Assembly (NCBI GenBank): GCA_907165135.1
Contig: OU015568.1
Span: 6,572,001-6,636,000 of the forward strand
Length of the DNA: 64,000 nucleotides
DNA from: Oikopleura dioica
Taxonomy: Eukaryota > Animalia > Chordata
Direction: 5' to 3'
Under the pieces are notes generated by a model. It was not told the origin of the DNA. It searched no databases and saw only the letters and a program-made list of their open reading frames with translations. The translations under genes and the position numbers were made by a program. Shown here in pieces: positions 22,870 to 33,900 of the stretch. Numbering within the stretch: position 1 is the stretch's first letter; the number at the start of each line of letters is the position of its first letter.

Positions 22870-25081
22870 CCGCAGACATGAGATAGAACCAGACAGTATT
22901 CAAAATATCCAGCACCAGTCCACAAACAACCCAAACAAACAACAGCTCCGCCGAGGCCTTCCAAATCTCGCCCGTGCTGACATGATGCCAGCTGCAGTAG
23001 TAAAAGAGCGGAATGCAGAGTGGACGACAGACGGCGAAACTCCAGAATATCAGCTCCTGATTGATTTTGTGAATCTTGGAGTCCTTCAAATTGAGCAGTT
23101 CCAGCATGAAATTAATATTCATGAAAGGCGTCGACAGCTCGGACAAGAGGCGGAAGCTGCACAGCCACATGCCTGAATAAAAATTAGTGGATTTTTCTTC
23201 TCTTTTTCGAAAATATTAAAACGGATGGAGATCCAGAGTCAGGACCCCTAAAACCTTTAATAAATGCCGCCTAGCGGCTTTACCAGAAATTTTGAATAGA
23301 TAAGGAGGGAAATTTAAACGAAGCCGCTTGCGGCTTCGAGAGAACAACGAAAAAAGCCGCGCGAAGCGCGGCTACGATTATTGTTTCTCTAAGCCGCAAG
23401 CGGCTTCATTTAAATTTTCCTCTCAATATATTTAAAATTTGTGTTAAAGCCGCTACGCGGCTTTTATTAAAGGTTTTTCTTGATCCTGACTCAGGTTTTC
23501 TACAGAGGTTGGTGAGCCAAGTCTGGCCCTAAGAATGAAAATCTTGAAGCAGAACTTAACATTGTGGCGTTTTACGATATCTCGCCCTTGAGAAAGAAGA
23601 GCTCAGACCTCAAATAACCCAAAACACCAACAATTTAGAACTTGAGTGCTGAGTCTGCTGACTCAGGCGCGTTAGAAATCGTAATCAGCGTTCGTCCCTT
23701 TCCGCGAAAATGATTTCGAGCGCTGCTCATCGAAAATCCGCCGTTCTAAACCGCTCTTTGCCGAGGCTCAGAATGCTTATTTAAAGTTCTCCACAAGGCT
23801 AAATCCGAGCTGGCGCATCTTTGATTTGATCTCATTCTCTGATCGCATTTCTGAGATTCCGAGTTTCCGAGGCCATTTTCGGATTTTAAACTTCAACGTA
23901 CCTCCATCCCACTTGGACTGCGTCAGGCCAAAGATCGAGACCAGATGGTGGGTGTAATATACAGTCGACATGCTTCCGTAGTAATTTCGCAAAACGTAGC
24001 AGACCACCAAATCGCTCCAAAAGTAGCCGAGAGAGAAGTCTAACCCTTTTGAGACCAATTCGGAGTGGCTGAAATGAAAAAATGAGAATCACCACCTGTG
24101 TAGAGAACCTGACTCAGGGTCTGAATTTCAGATCTTTGATGAAAAGCCGCGAAGCTTTGTGGCTCCAATAAAAAAAAAAGCCGCTGCGCGGCTTTTCATC
24201 AAAGATCTGAAATTCAGACCCTGAGTCAGGTTTTCTACACAGGTTGCCGTGCTCAGGGCCATAGTCTAGGGGAAAAATAGTTCGAACTTCGAACTCTCTC
24301 AAATTTACTTTGGATCTCGTGAGCAAACTACTATTCCAATTTTGAAATTGTAGATTTCAGGAAAAGATGATTTTCTCCTTTTGCTCGCGCATTTTATTAA
24401 ATTTGCTAAACAACTATTACATGTTTTCAGTGGCGCTGAGACTGAGATAGTTTTTGATTTTAAACGATTTACCTGTAAAGATCTTTGAACGAATAATTCT
24501 TATCCGCACACATAGCATAAGCATTTACAACAAAACAAATAGCTTTGCCGGGGTTTAAAATAATTCAACCGGCAAATTTTAGGTTGAAATCAAGGAAGAA
24601 ATTTTCATTTAAGACTTTCTCAAAGATAGATGGCTAGAAACTCGGCTCGGCAACCTGAGTAGAGAACCTGAGTCAGGGTTTGAAAAAGCCGTGAAGGCTC
24701 TCTCAAACCCTGACTCAGGTTTTTACTCAGTTTGTCGAGCCGAAAATTAACCCTTTTCCCGAGATTGCGAATAAAATTTCCTTTATTGGTCCCAACATTA
24801 TCATTTTTTTGAGTATTTTATTTGATTTTTAACCCCGTTCCGGAATGTAGCGAAGCAGAAACGCGAGCATCCCAATCGAGCCGTTTTTCCGAGGACTGCT
24901 TTTTGTACCATTCTCCAATTCGAGGTAGATTTCTGGAGACAATTGGACAAATTACGAATGTGAAAAGCTTCAACCACCGGTTAATACTTTTTCCACCTTA
25001 AAATCGCTAACTTACCAGCCAGCAAGGGGTCAGCAAAAAGCCCGGAGTTCCTTTTTCGACCAAATTTTGTATTCTCTCCAT
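22870..25081 (-). CDS. TLCD4: TLC-domain protein, TLCD4/TMEM56-like (3' end unresolved)
   Basis: Exons give EKRLDWDARVSASLHS, FSLGYFWSDL..YYTHHLVS and FRLLSELSTPFMN..FAVCRP. These are TLC-domain motifs. Confidence 0.78.
23232..23518. mobile_element. Family-A copy 13 with a nested three-hairpin core (TLCD4 intron)
   Basis: Its centre AAGCCGCTTGCGGCTTCGAG..AAGCCGCGCGAAGCGCGGCT..AAGCCGCAAGCGGCTTC resembles the core at 15395-15480. Confidence 0.8.
24083..24255. mobile_element. Family-A copy 14 (TLCD4 intron)
   Basis: 36-bp perfect arm match; the TGA(C/G)TCA box is swapped in both arms. Confidence 0.9.
24642..24743. mobile_element. Family-A copy 15 (TLCD4 intron)
   Basis: TCGGCTCGGCAACCTGAGTAGAGAACCTGAGTCAGGG..CCCTGACTCAGG..TCGAGCCGA. 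Confidence 0.85.
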
Positions 25082-26084
25082 CTCTTTTTTTCTAGTAACT
25101 CGTGTTTTCACGGTACTGTAGCTCTTCTTTAGAATCTCTTAATTCTTCTTTTTCTTTTCTTCTTTTTCGTTTACGAGGAATCGAAATCACGCCATCATTA
25201 TCTGAAAAATTCGTCTTGTTAGAATAAACACGACCCAAGCATTCGTAATATTTGCGCTTCAGAAAGAGAGAAAACGCCTTTTACAATCGGCTATTCAAAA
25301 TGCTGATAATAAATGTTAAAGTAATTGGTACTCATTTCTTTCGGTTCTCAGCAACCTGGGTGGTCATAAAGTTTTTTCCCGAACTTGAAAGATGAAAAAA
25401 CGATGGTGATTGATTCTAGAGCTGTGAAAATCATCGTCGCTTTCTCTGTTTTTTATGAATCTTCAAAGGTCTACTCTGACTCTATCGCAGGTTATTGATT
25501 TCTTAGCGGTCATAAAACGCGCTATAAACGAGGAGATGTTGGAAAAGCGGAGAAAAATAAAGAATCGATATCTCAAAGATATATTCTTTCTTTCCATTTC
25601 AGGAAGTTAAACAAAGTGTCGTAAAAATTAGCGAAGCATTAAAAGATTTGCCGAAAATATCAAACTTCTCAAGTCCTTTTTTTCCAATTTTTCCGCTGGA
25701 ATTTGCTTATTTTACCATTTCCTGCTGATTTTTTCGGGTCGAAAATTAGCTCGCTACTTGCTTTGGTCCCTGGAGATCTTCGGTAGTAACTCTTTCTTTT
25801 AAAACGTCTCTGTATTTAGCTTGTAAGAAGCTTTTTCACTTAGAAGTTGAGGAAAAAAAATGCTGCTCAGAGTCTGAGCCACTGAGTCACCTGCTTTGAG
25901 CCTCCCTGGGGGCGAAGAAAAAGAAAGAAATTGACAAAAAAGGGAACCGCGCTCGTTTCGACTCTTCAGTAATCGACTCTTCAAAGTGTTAAATCTTTCT
26001 AATTACAGTAATGCTTTTATTTGCGGTCTGTGATTATGAAAGAAAGAGAGGGAGAGAGATTAAAACCGCAGGACTCCTGGATCG

Positions 26085-26358
26085 CTGGGCTCCGCAACCT
26101 GTGTAGAAAACCTGAGTCAGGGTCCAGAAAAAGCTACGATGGAAAGCCGCGTAGCGGCTTTTTTTCAAAACGAAGCCGCAACGCGGCTTTGCCAAGATTA
26201 CTATCTCAATCTATTTTCACTTGAAATTGAAATGGATTGAAAGGGTAATATTGGCGAAGCCGCTCTGCGGCTTCGTTTTGAAAAAAGCCGCTACGGCTTT
26301 TCATTATAGACCTTTTAAGACCCTTACTTGGGTTTTCTTTACAGTTTGCCGAGCCCAG
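26085..26358. mobile_element. Family-A copy 16 (four-hairpin form)
   Basis: CTGGGCTCCGCAACCTGTGTAGAAAACCTGAGTCAGG..GCCGAGCCCAG. Confidence 0.85.
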
Positions 26359-26371
26359 CTGGAGTCTTTAT

Positions 26372-27510
26372 TTATTTCAAATGCTCAGGGTTCTCGGAAA
26401 GGCAGATCAGTAGATTATCAACAGTAGAATTTAGGTAGTACTCTTGGATTTCTTTCTGTGCTTGTTCTTGCTCTAGAATCTCTAGAAGGTGGAACTGTCC
26501 GTTGAAGGTTATTTCTTGGCCGAGGATTTCTAGGCGCTCTTCAGTCTGGAGAATCGCGCTTGTCAAATTGGTCGCTTCTTTGCAAAATCTTTCGATGTCG
26601 AGTTCTCTCCTTCTTTTTGCTTTTTCCATGTTTTTTCCGTGAATTGAAATGGTGAATTGGACGCTGTTTGCAGAGAGGTTTCCTTGCAGAAGGGAAAAAA
26701 AGGACACTCATAAAATGTTAAACAAATGTTTCTTCGTCAGAAACGCTCTTTTGGACAAAGTTACGAGTTTTCGATTACAATAAGACATTTATTAACAATC
26801 AGAGACTTTCTCAGCATATTTGAAAGTTTTTACAGGAACATTCAAGAGTTATGGCAGCTGTAAGTTCGTCGAGTCCGAGTCTTCCGTTGACGAAGATTGA
26901 AGCAGTTTTTGTTGCCGCGCAGCCAGATGTTATTTGTGCTCCAGAATAGGTTGGCGTACTGAAGGAAGAATAAGGTTGATTAATACTTTTGAGGCTTATT
27001 ACAAGTTATCACGAAAAGTATTCGGCGTCTTTTGACAGTAACCGACGCATCTTCCAATGTCGATTTTGTTTCCTGAATGTTTCAGCTTATCAACGATTTT
27101 GATCGCTTACCGATGATATTCTTATTCTCCCGGCCAATTCGGTACCCAGAGCGTTGAAAGATCTAAAATAAAAATTGTGATTTACGATAAATTATTTCTT
27201 ATTTACGTCAATGTCGATGAAATGAGGTTCTCTAGCGCATTTTATCGGCTTGCATTGGTCGTGATTCTTGCCTCCCTGAAAAGCGATCGAGGATGAGTCT
27301 TCCTTGATTTCAAACCTTGAACATCTCATAAGTAGATCGTCTGTATCTTGCAGCGTAATCAGATGGCCTTGGTGGATCGGCTCCATCGAATGCAAAACTA
27401 ACGAGTTTCAGAACTATTTTTCAAAGATGGCTTACTGTACCTGGCGCAATCGCGCTGAAAGCTCATCATAGGATTTTCCATCTGTCGGACGCAGTCTAAG
27501 TAGTGCTCGA
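26372..27510 (-). CDS. Multi-exon gene of unknown function, partly coiled-coil
   Basis: Several open segments with splice-like borders (MEKAKRRRELDIERFCKEATNLTSAILQTEERLEIL; LQDTDDLLMRCSRFEIKED). The model is incomplete. Confidence 0.35.
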
Positions 27511-27947
27511 TTCTAGCATGGGCGAATCCAAATAAAACGCACTAGAATTTCTTTTTCTTAGTTTTTTTCATTTTCTTACCGTGAGCTTCATTTTCTAGCG
27601 CTCTCTTTCTCGGTCCAGCGTTAGGGATACTTTTTTAAATAAAATTTCAATGCTTCAAAATCAATTTACGATTCCATGATCTTTAGTTCTTGTTGTATGT
27701 ATGACTACGCCTTTCTAAGATGGGTTATCTCTTCTTTATATACTGTCAGGGCTCTCTGGAAGTTTTATTATCTTGTTTACATTTATAATGAAAGGATAAG
27801 TATGATAAGGTTATGACGCTTAATTATTTCAGCAGACTCAGAATAAAAGAGGATTTAAAGCAATTTTCGAGTGTATAGATAACTCTTTTAGCGGGTAGTT
27901 TATTGACATGTTTATTTACAAAAAATAACAATAATTTTGAGCAGCAG

Positions 27948-30900
27948 CTAGACTTTTTGATACCAGTTGATTTTAAATCCATTCCAATTTCCCTCTATTC
28001 CCGATCTAGATCTGTTGCCAGTTTTGAAAACAACGGTCGCAAGCGCATTTGGTCCGTATCGAGCGTAAATGGTTACTGGAGGTTGTGAACCAGTTCCGCA
28101 GGTTTTGAGCATTGATTTGTGGTGTGGGTCTTGGGGGCTTGCTTCGAAGATCTAAAGGAGTTTGGAAAGGGTGTTGGTTTTTGGATTGAGAACCTGTAAG
28201 TATTCGTCGTCAAAGCAAGAAGAACCCTTGTCAGTTCCGTTGGGGAAAATGTTCAACTCCTTGATCTTGACATACATGGCCGTATCGTCGGCTGATTGAA
28301 TCTGCCACTCGCAGTTTTGGTTGCTATCGTACATTCTCGGCCAGTCGAAGGGGTAAAGATAACCGTTGTAGCCGCTGACTTTTCCGCCGCAGCCGGCGTG
28401 ATTGCAAGTGTAGTCGGCTTTGAAACCCTCGCCAACGACTTCGTTGATGTCAGTCGTGAAGCTAGAATTATCAATATTTTTATATCATTAAAAGTAGCCC
28501 TTACTCAAGTTGAAGATAATTTCCCGAGTAAAAATGCGGCTCAGGCAGCTCCTTGCAGCAATAAGTCTCTCTACTTCCAATCACCAGCTTGTCATTTCTA
28601 CAGCTATCCGAGCATTCCAAATCGAAGAACGAAAAGAAGACTGCCATTTTGCTCCCTTGCTCTCCTTGGATTCGAATTTGGCAATTGAGGTTTTTCGGAT
28701 AGTAGCCTCCACCAAAGTGCGACAGAATCACGCCACTTGAGTCTTCCAAAACTCGATTGCAAACTTCGCCTTTTACTCGAGCGGTGAAAGTTGGATTTCG
28801 TCCAGAACCATCGTGCTAGAATTATTTTCTCATAAATCAGTATCCATTCGATCTCAAACCTGCGTTGTTATTGTAGCATAACTTCCAAGAGAGGCAAAGA
28901 TCGGAGGTTTTTGACTTCCGCAATATCTTTTTCTCTGCCCAACTCCGTGTTGAACATTGATGTCGGCGAACTCAACAAAGCTGTTGTCGCAGTTGTGGTT
29001 GTTAGCGCACTCATATCTGTTCAAAAATCCCATCAAAAATCCTGGCATTTCCGAGCAATCGTCTGTGATCGTGTCGACAAGGACACATAAATTAGAAGCT
29101 TCTTGATAGACGAAACCAATACAGCGGAGGTCGTTTTCGCAAAACATTTCGCACTCAATGACGCCTTTGTCGACCATGTGTGTGTCGTATCCGGAGTCGT
29201 CGCAGTTGCAGAGAGTTTCGCGCTTGAAAGACCAGTCGGAACAGGTGCTGTCCTTTTTAAGGTTCGAAAGTGAGATTTTTGATCGTATTCTTTATCAGTT
29301 CGACCCAATCCTGTGGATAGGAAACACAAACATGGCCACTGGCACCAGAAGCAGCAACCGCTGCGAGCATGTCAGTAGTGCACCCTTCATTCGTATTGTG
29401 TGTATTTCCAGAACAGCAGAAGCCAACCGTCCCACAGAAATCACACGAGCCAGTTCCTCCACAAGGCTCTCGGCAATCCTCGCCCGTGAACACCTCCCAG
29501 CTTCCATCGCCTAGAAGCTCGTTATTTTATTTTTTATCAGGCAAGTTTACTTTGAGTAGTGATCTTCAAATTGCGAATCTCGGCATGGGCTGCATCACTC
29601 CATGGATTGGACGCATAGACAAGCATATCGACATAATCACGTGGTTGTTCCTGCACAACTCCGGCGTAGTTTCGTCCGTCAACTTTAATGTCCAGGATGT
29701 ATTTGCCATTTGAGATCTTCGATTGAGTTATTTCGAGGTGAATCCATTTTTGGAGAGGTTGATTGTCCGTGATCGTCACATAGTTGCTCTGCCCGTTGAG
29801 TCCCCAGGAGATGTGAAATTGAGAAGAAGTCGGCTAGGGGAATTTTTCGAAAAGAATTTCGAATTATGAGCTTACCTGAAGACTGATAAGAGGCATTCGA
29901 TCTCCATCAACACTATTTCCTTGGTCGTTATTGAGTGTCACTTGAAGAATGTTCACCCATGTATCCAGGTCATTTCTTGCGTCAAGCTTGACGTCTAGTT
30001 CGACTGAGACCGTTTTGTACATTCTCTCCAGCTCTCCAAGCTTCTTTCCCTTGGAGACCTGCATCGGTTCCAATTGGAAGACCTGCGTTGCTCCACTGAC
30101 GCCATAAGCAACTTGGGTAACAGTGAAAGTACCGGGGAATTCTTGTGTTTTCACCTTCAGCGTCGTCAGTTCTTTTCGATCGATGAATGCGTTTTCGATC
30201 GAATCATCTACTTCTATAAAAAGCGCGCCCGTGTCCTTATTCCAAACTCCAATGTAATGGTCTTCGATTCTAAGTTCGATGAAGTCGAGAAGATCGTAAA
30301 AATCCTGCACTGTATGCTGAACTGTCGCAAGCTTTTCATACTGAGCGTTGGAAATGGTCGTTTCGTACAAATCAGGTTGAGTGAGTTTCACAGCGAATTT
30401 GATGTAGAATCGAGGGTCTTGGTTGTAATCGTCGAAAAGACCAAGGAAAAAGGGAAGTGAGAAAAGGACTGTTTTGTTGATGTCAGCTGTAATATCGATT
30501 CTAGTTACTCGGCGAGCTACGAGACTATCCAGAAGAACTTGATAATTTTCCGTTGCGCGCAGGCTGATCGGAAGATTATACTCGTCAGTGGGCGCTAAAA
30601 AAGGTTAGTATTCGAGATTCAGATGATTTTCTAACCTGGAAGACTCATGGTCTGAGTCTCAATGGAAATATAGTGATGCTTGTCAGTTTTTAGAGTCCAC
30701 TGGCAATGAGAATTGTCTCCCATGTAATTCCAGTTTACATTCTTTCAAAATGTCTAGAAGGATTTTCCATTTTTTCTATGTCTAATTTTACTGACATTTT
30801 CCTGATACTCATCACTAACAGCAAGCTCTCCGCCACACTGCGAAACATACGCCGTCACTAGAATTTCAAACCCACTAGCGCCCGTGACCTCGTCAGAGAC

Positions 30901-33900
30901 AAAAATCATCACATTTTGTTGATGCGTTCCTTTGACCACCTGGTGTCCGATTTCCCCACAAGCAGGTCCGAACATAACTCGATCTTGGAAAGAGGCTCCG
31001 TCGATGATTTCAACATAGTCGTAGCAAACTCCCGTGAAACCTTCGAGCGGCTCGAGGTCAAAGTGTTTGATTTCATATTTTAGTGATATTCCCGGCTCCT
31101 CGCTGTAAATATTCCAGACGCATTCGAGATTATCTGGGTAGTCCGCGGCCGGATACAGTGGCGATTGAATCGTAGCAGTGGTTGTGACTCGAATATCACC
31201 TCCACACCCGTAAGTAGCACCGATGGTTTGAGCCCATTTCAGTTCAAAACCGGCAGATGGAATTTCAGCATCTGTTTTGTAACGCAAAGTCATTGAATTC
31301 GACTTTGACTGCAAAAACCTCGGTGGACTCTTTCCACAGTATCGTCCAATAAGATCGGCTTCTTGGGTACTATCTCCTTCAAAAGCGGCGAGATAACTTC
31401 CATGTGTTCCAGAAGAGCAGTTCACATTGACAGGGAGGTCGAAATGAATCCAGCTAGTGACTTTGACTGAATAGCTCGTATCTTCTGTTCGCAAGAGCCA
31501 GATACAATCGAGATTCTGATGCTGGCCGACAAACCCGTCCGGATGCCAGTTTGCAATCCTTCCAAATGCGCCTTCATAAGTTCCACCACATTCGTCAACA
31601 GTAAATTGCATTTCAAACCCGCTCTTTTCCACCTTATCGTTTGTCACAAAATTGACAATCATCGACCCGCGAGCACTTATGAAGCCACTTGGTCGATCAG
31701 ACCCGCAAACTTTTCGCACGAGATTCTCTTGTGCCTTTTCATTTTCATAAATCGCGACGAAATCGCTCGAGCAACCAGGAGAATCTTCAACGTCAAATTC
31801 TAAGAAACGCGCTTCAATCAGCGAGTTTTTATCACTCATCGTAATGTTCCAGTAACAATCTGTATTCGGGCGGTAGCTTCCGAGACCGAAGCCGACATTT
31901 GTGATGTAACCGATGTATTCGTCGACAAAGAGTGTGCCACAAACTTGTTCGTATTTTGCAGCGAAGCCTTTGTATTCCAAGTTGCCATCAGAGATCATGT
32001 TCAGAACCAAATGATCGAGATTTGATCTGGCTGGAGGAGGAAGTCTTCTACCGCAGTACTGGCCGATTCTGTCTGTATTGACTTCCTTTCCGTTCCAAAC
32101 ATCGACATAATCAGTCAAACATAAGTCGTTATCCGGCTCTTGCAGCCAGAAATCAGTAAATGTAAGTTCGACATGGGCATTTTTCTCAGCATTGATTGTC
32201 CAGACGCAGTTCATATTCGCCGGATAGTTAGTAGCTGGGGTACTGAAATAGCCTGGAGAGCTGATTGTTCCTTCTTGTTCTTGGAGGATTTGATTGCCGC
32301 ACTCGTTGCCTGAGAAATTCCACTGCATCGCGTAGCCAGATCGTTCGCCTCGATTGTCGGTTTTAAAGATGAACTTGAGCATGTTCTGACTTGAGTGCAT
32401 TTCTTCTCCGATTGTTGGCTTGTTCGTCGAGCACCAGAAATGTTTTTCACGTGATTGAAAGATTCCTTCGTAGACCTTTAGCCAATCATAGTCTCTGCAT
32501 TCAGATGGAGTTGTAGCGCCATCTAGATCAAAAGTGTCAAAGTAATAAGTCAGAATTTTTCCCTCAGGAGCAACAAGGTACCAAATGCAGTAATCATCAC
32601 TGTCATAGTTGTCCGGGTAGTTAGGCGAGGTCATTCTGCCGCCAACTTGCCAGTTGACTCCTACGGCTCCGAAAATTCCACCACAGGAGTGCTCCGTTAC
32701 AGTCATGTCGAATCCCTTGTAGTTGGTGTTGTGATTGGTAGAGAAGCGGATGTCATTAACAGGTCCAGGAATACCGAATGGTTTTGGATTACTCTTGCCA
32801 CAAAGAGTGTGCTGAGGGGCTTGAAGCTGTGGCTGATCATAGGGTCCTACGAGATAGAAATCGAGCTTGTCAACGCATCCATCTTCGACCTCGAGATCGT
32901 TGAACTCGTAGTAAATCGTTCCAGTAACCCAGGTGTTTTGAACGGTCCAAATGCACTCGCTATTGTCTGTGTAGTTGTTTGGATAGTTTGGAGAGCTGAT
33001 TTCAGTCGGCTCGTCCAGTACAACTGGTCCGATGCTTCCGCATGTTTTTGGAGCGATTTGTCCGTTATAATCAGCGATAAAGCCTCTGCCATTAGGTGCC
33101 GCGTCGTTTCCAATGTCAAAAACGATCTTCATCGTATTTCCCTGAGATTGGACGGGCATCGGAAGGGCAGCTCCACAAAGACGCTCGGTAAGTTCTGGTG
33201 AGTCGATGTAAAGACCGCCATAGACCTGGACATAGTGATTCAAGCAGCCATACGTATCATCAGGAGCCTTTAGATCAAAATCAGAGAAGGTCAAAATGAT
33301 GCTGTTTCGAGGATTGACAGTGATTCGCCACTCACAGCGCTTATTGGATTCATAAGGATCTGGATATTTAGGACTGAGAATGGTTCCAGCGTCTTCAGTG
33401 AGTTCTTCTGCGCAATTATTGGGAGTAGCAGTCCAGTTTAAATTCCAAGCGCTGCCAGAATGACCAGCTTGAATGTGATGGAGAACAAGCACTCCTGGTG
33501 TTCGACTTTTGATGGTTTTCTCTGGCATGTCTGCTTGATTGCCGCAGAATTTGCCGAGCGATCTTCCGATCTTTGTGTGTTCTTGTTTGAAGTCAGTAAG
33601 GACTCCTGCTGTATCGCATGGCTGCATGGAAAGAGCAGGTTCGTATGGATGCGCAGCAATGCATAAATTGATTTCTTCATCGATGAGTCTGAGCTTTCCA
33701 TCGGAAAGCATCCATTTTTGAGTATCAAGCTGCATAAGCTTGCTGACTTTCAACGGATCCCCAGCTACTGGGCCATCTGCGCGAGAGTCGATGGTAATAC
33801 CTCGCGAGGGAAGCTGAACATTTCGCAGATAAACATGATCCCACTCCCAGAGCTCGTCGTAGATGCCATCTGGATCTGCTTTTGGAAGGCGCATCACTAA

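Noticed and set aside
27440-27510. TDGKSYDELSARL resembling a Gypsy gag motif
   Set aside because: Too short, embedded in a spliced gene, with no LTRs or pol domains nearby.
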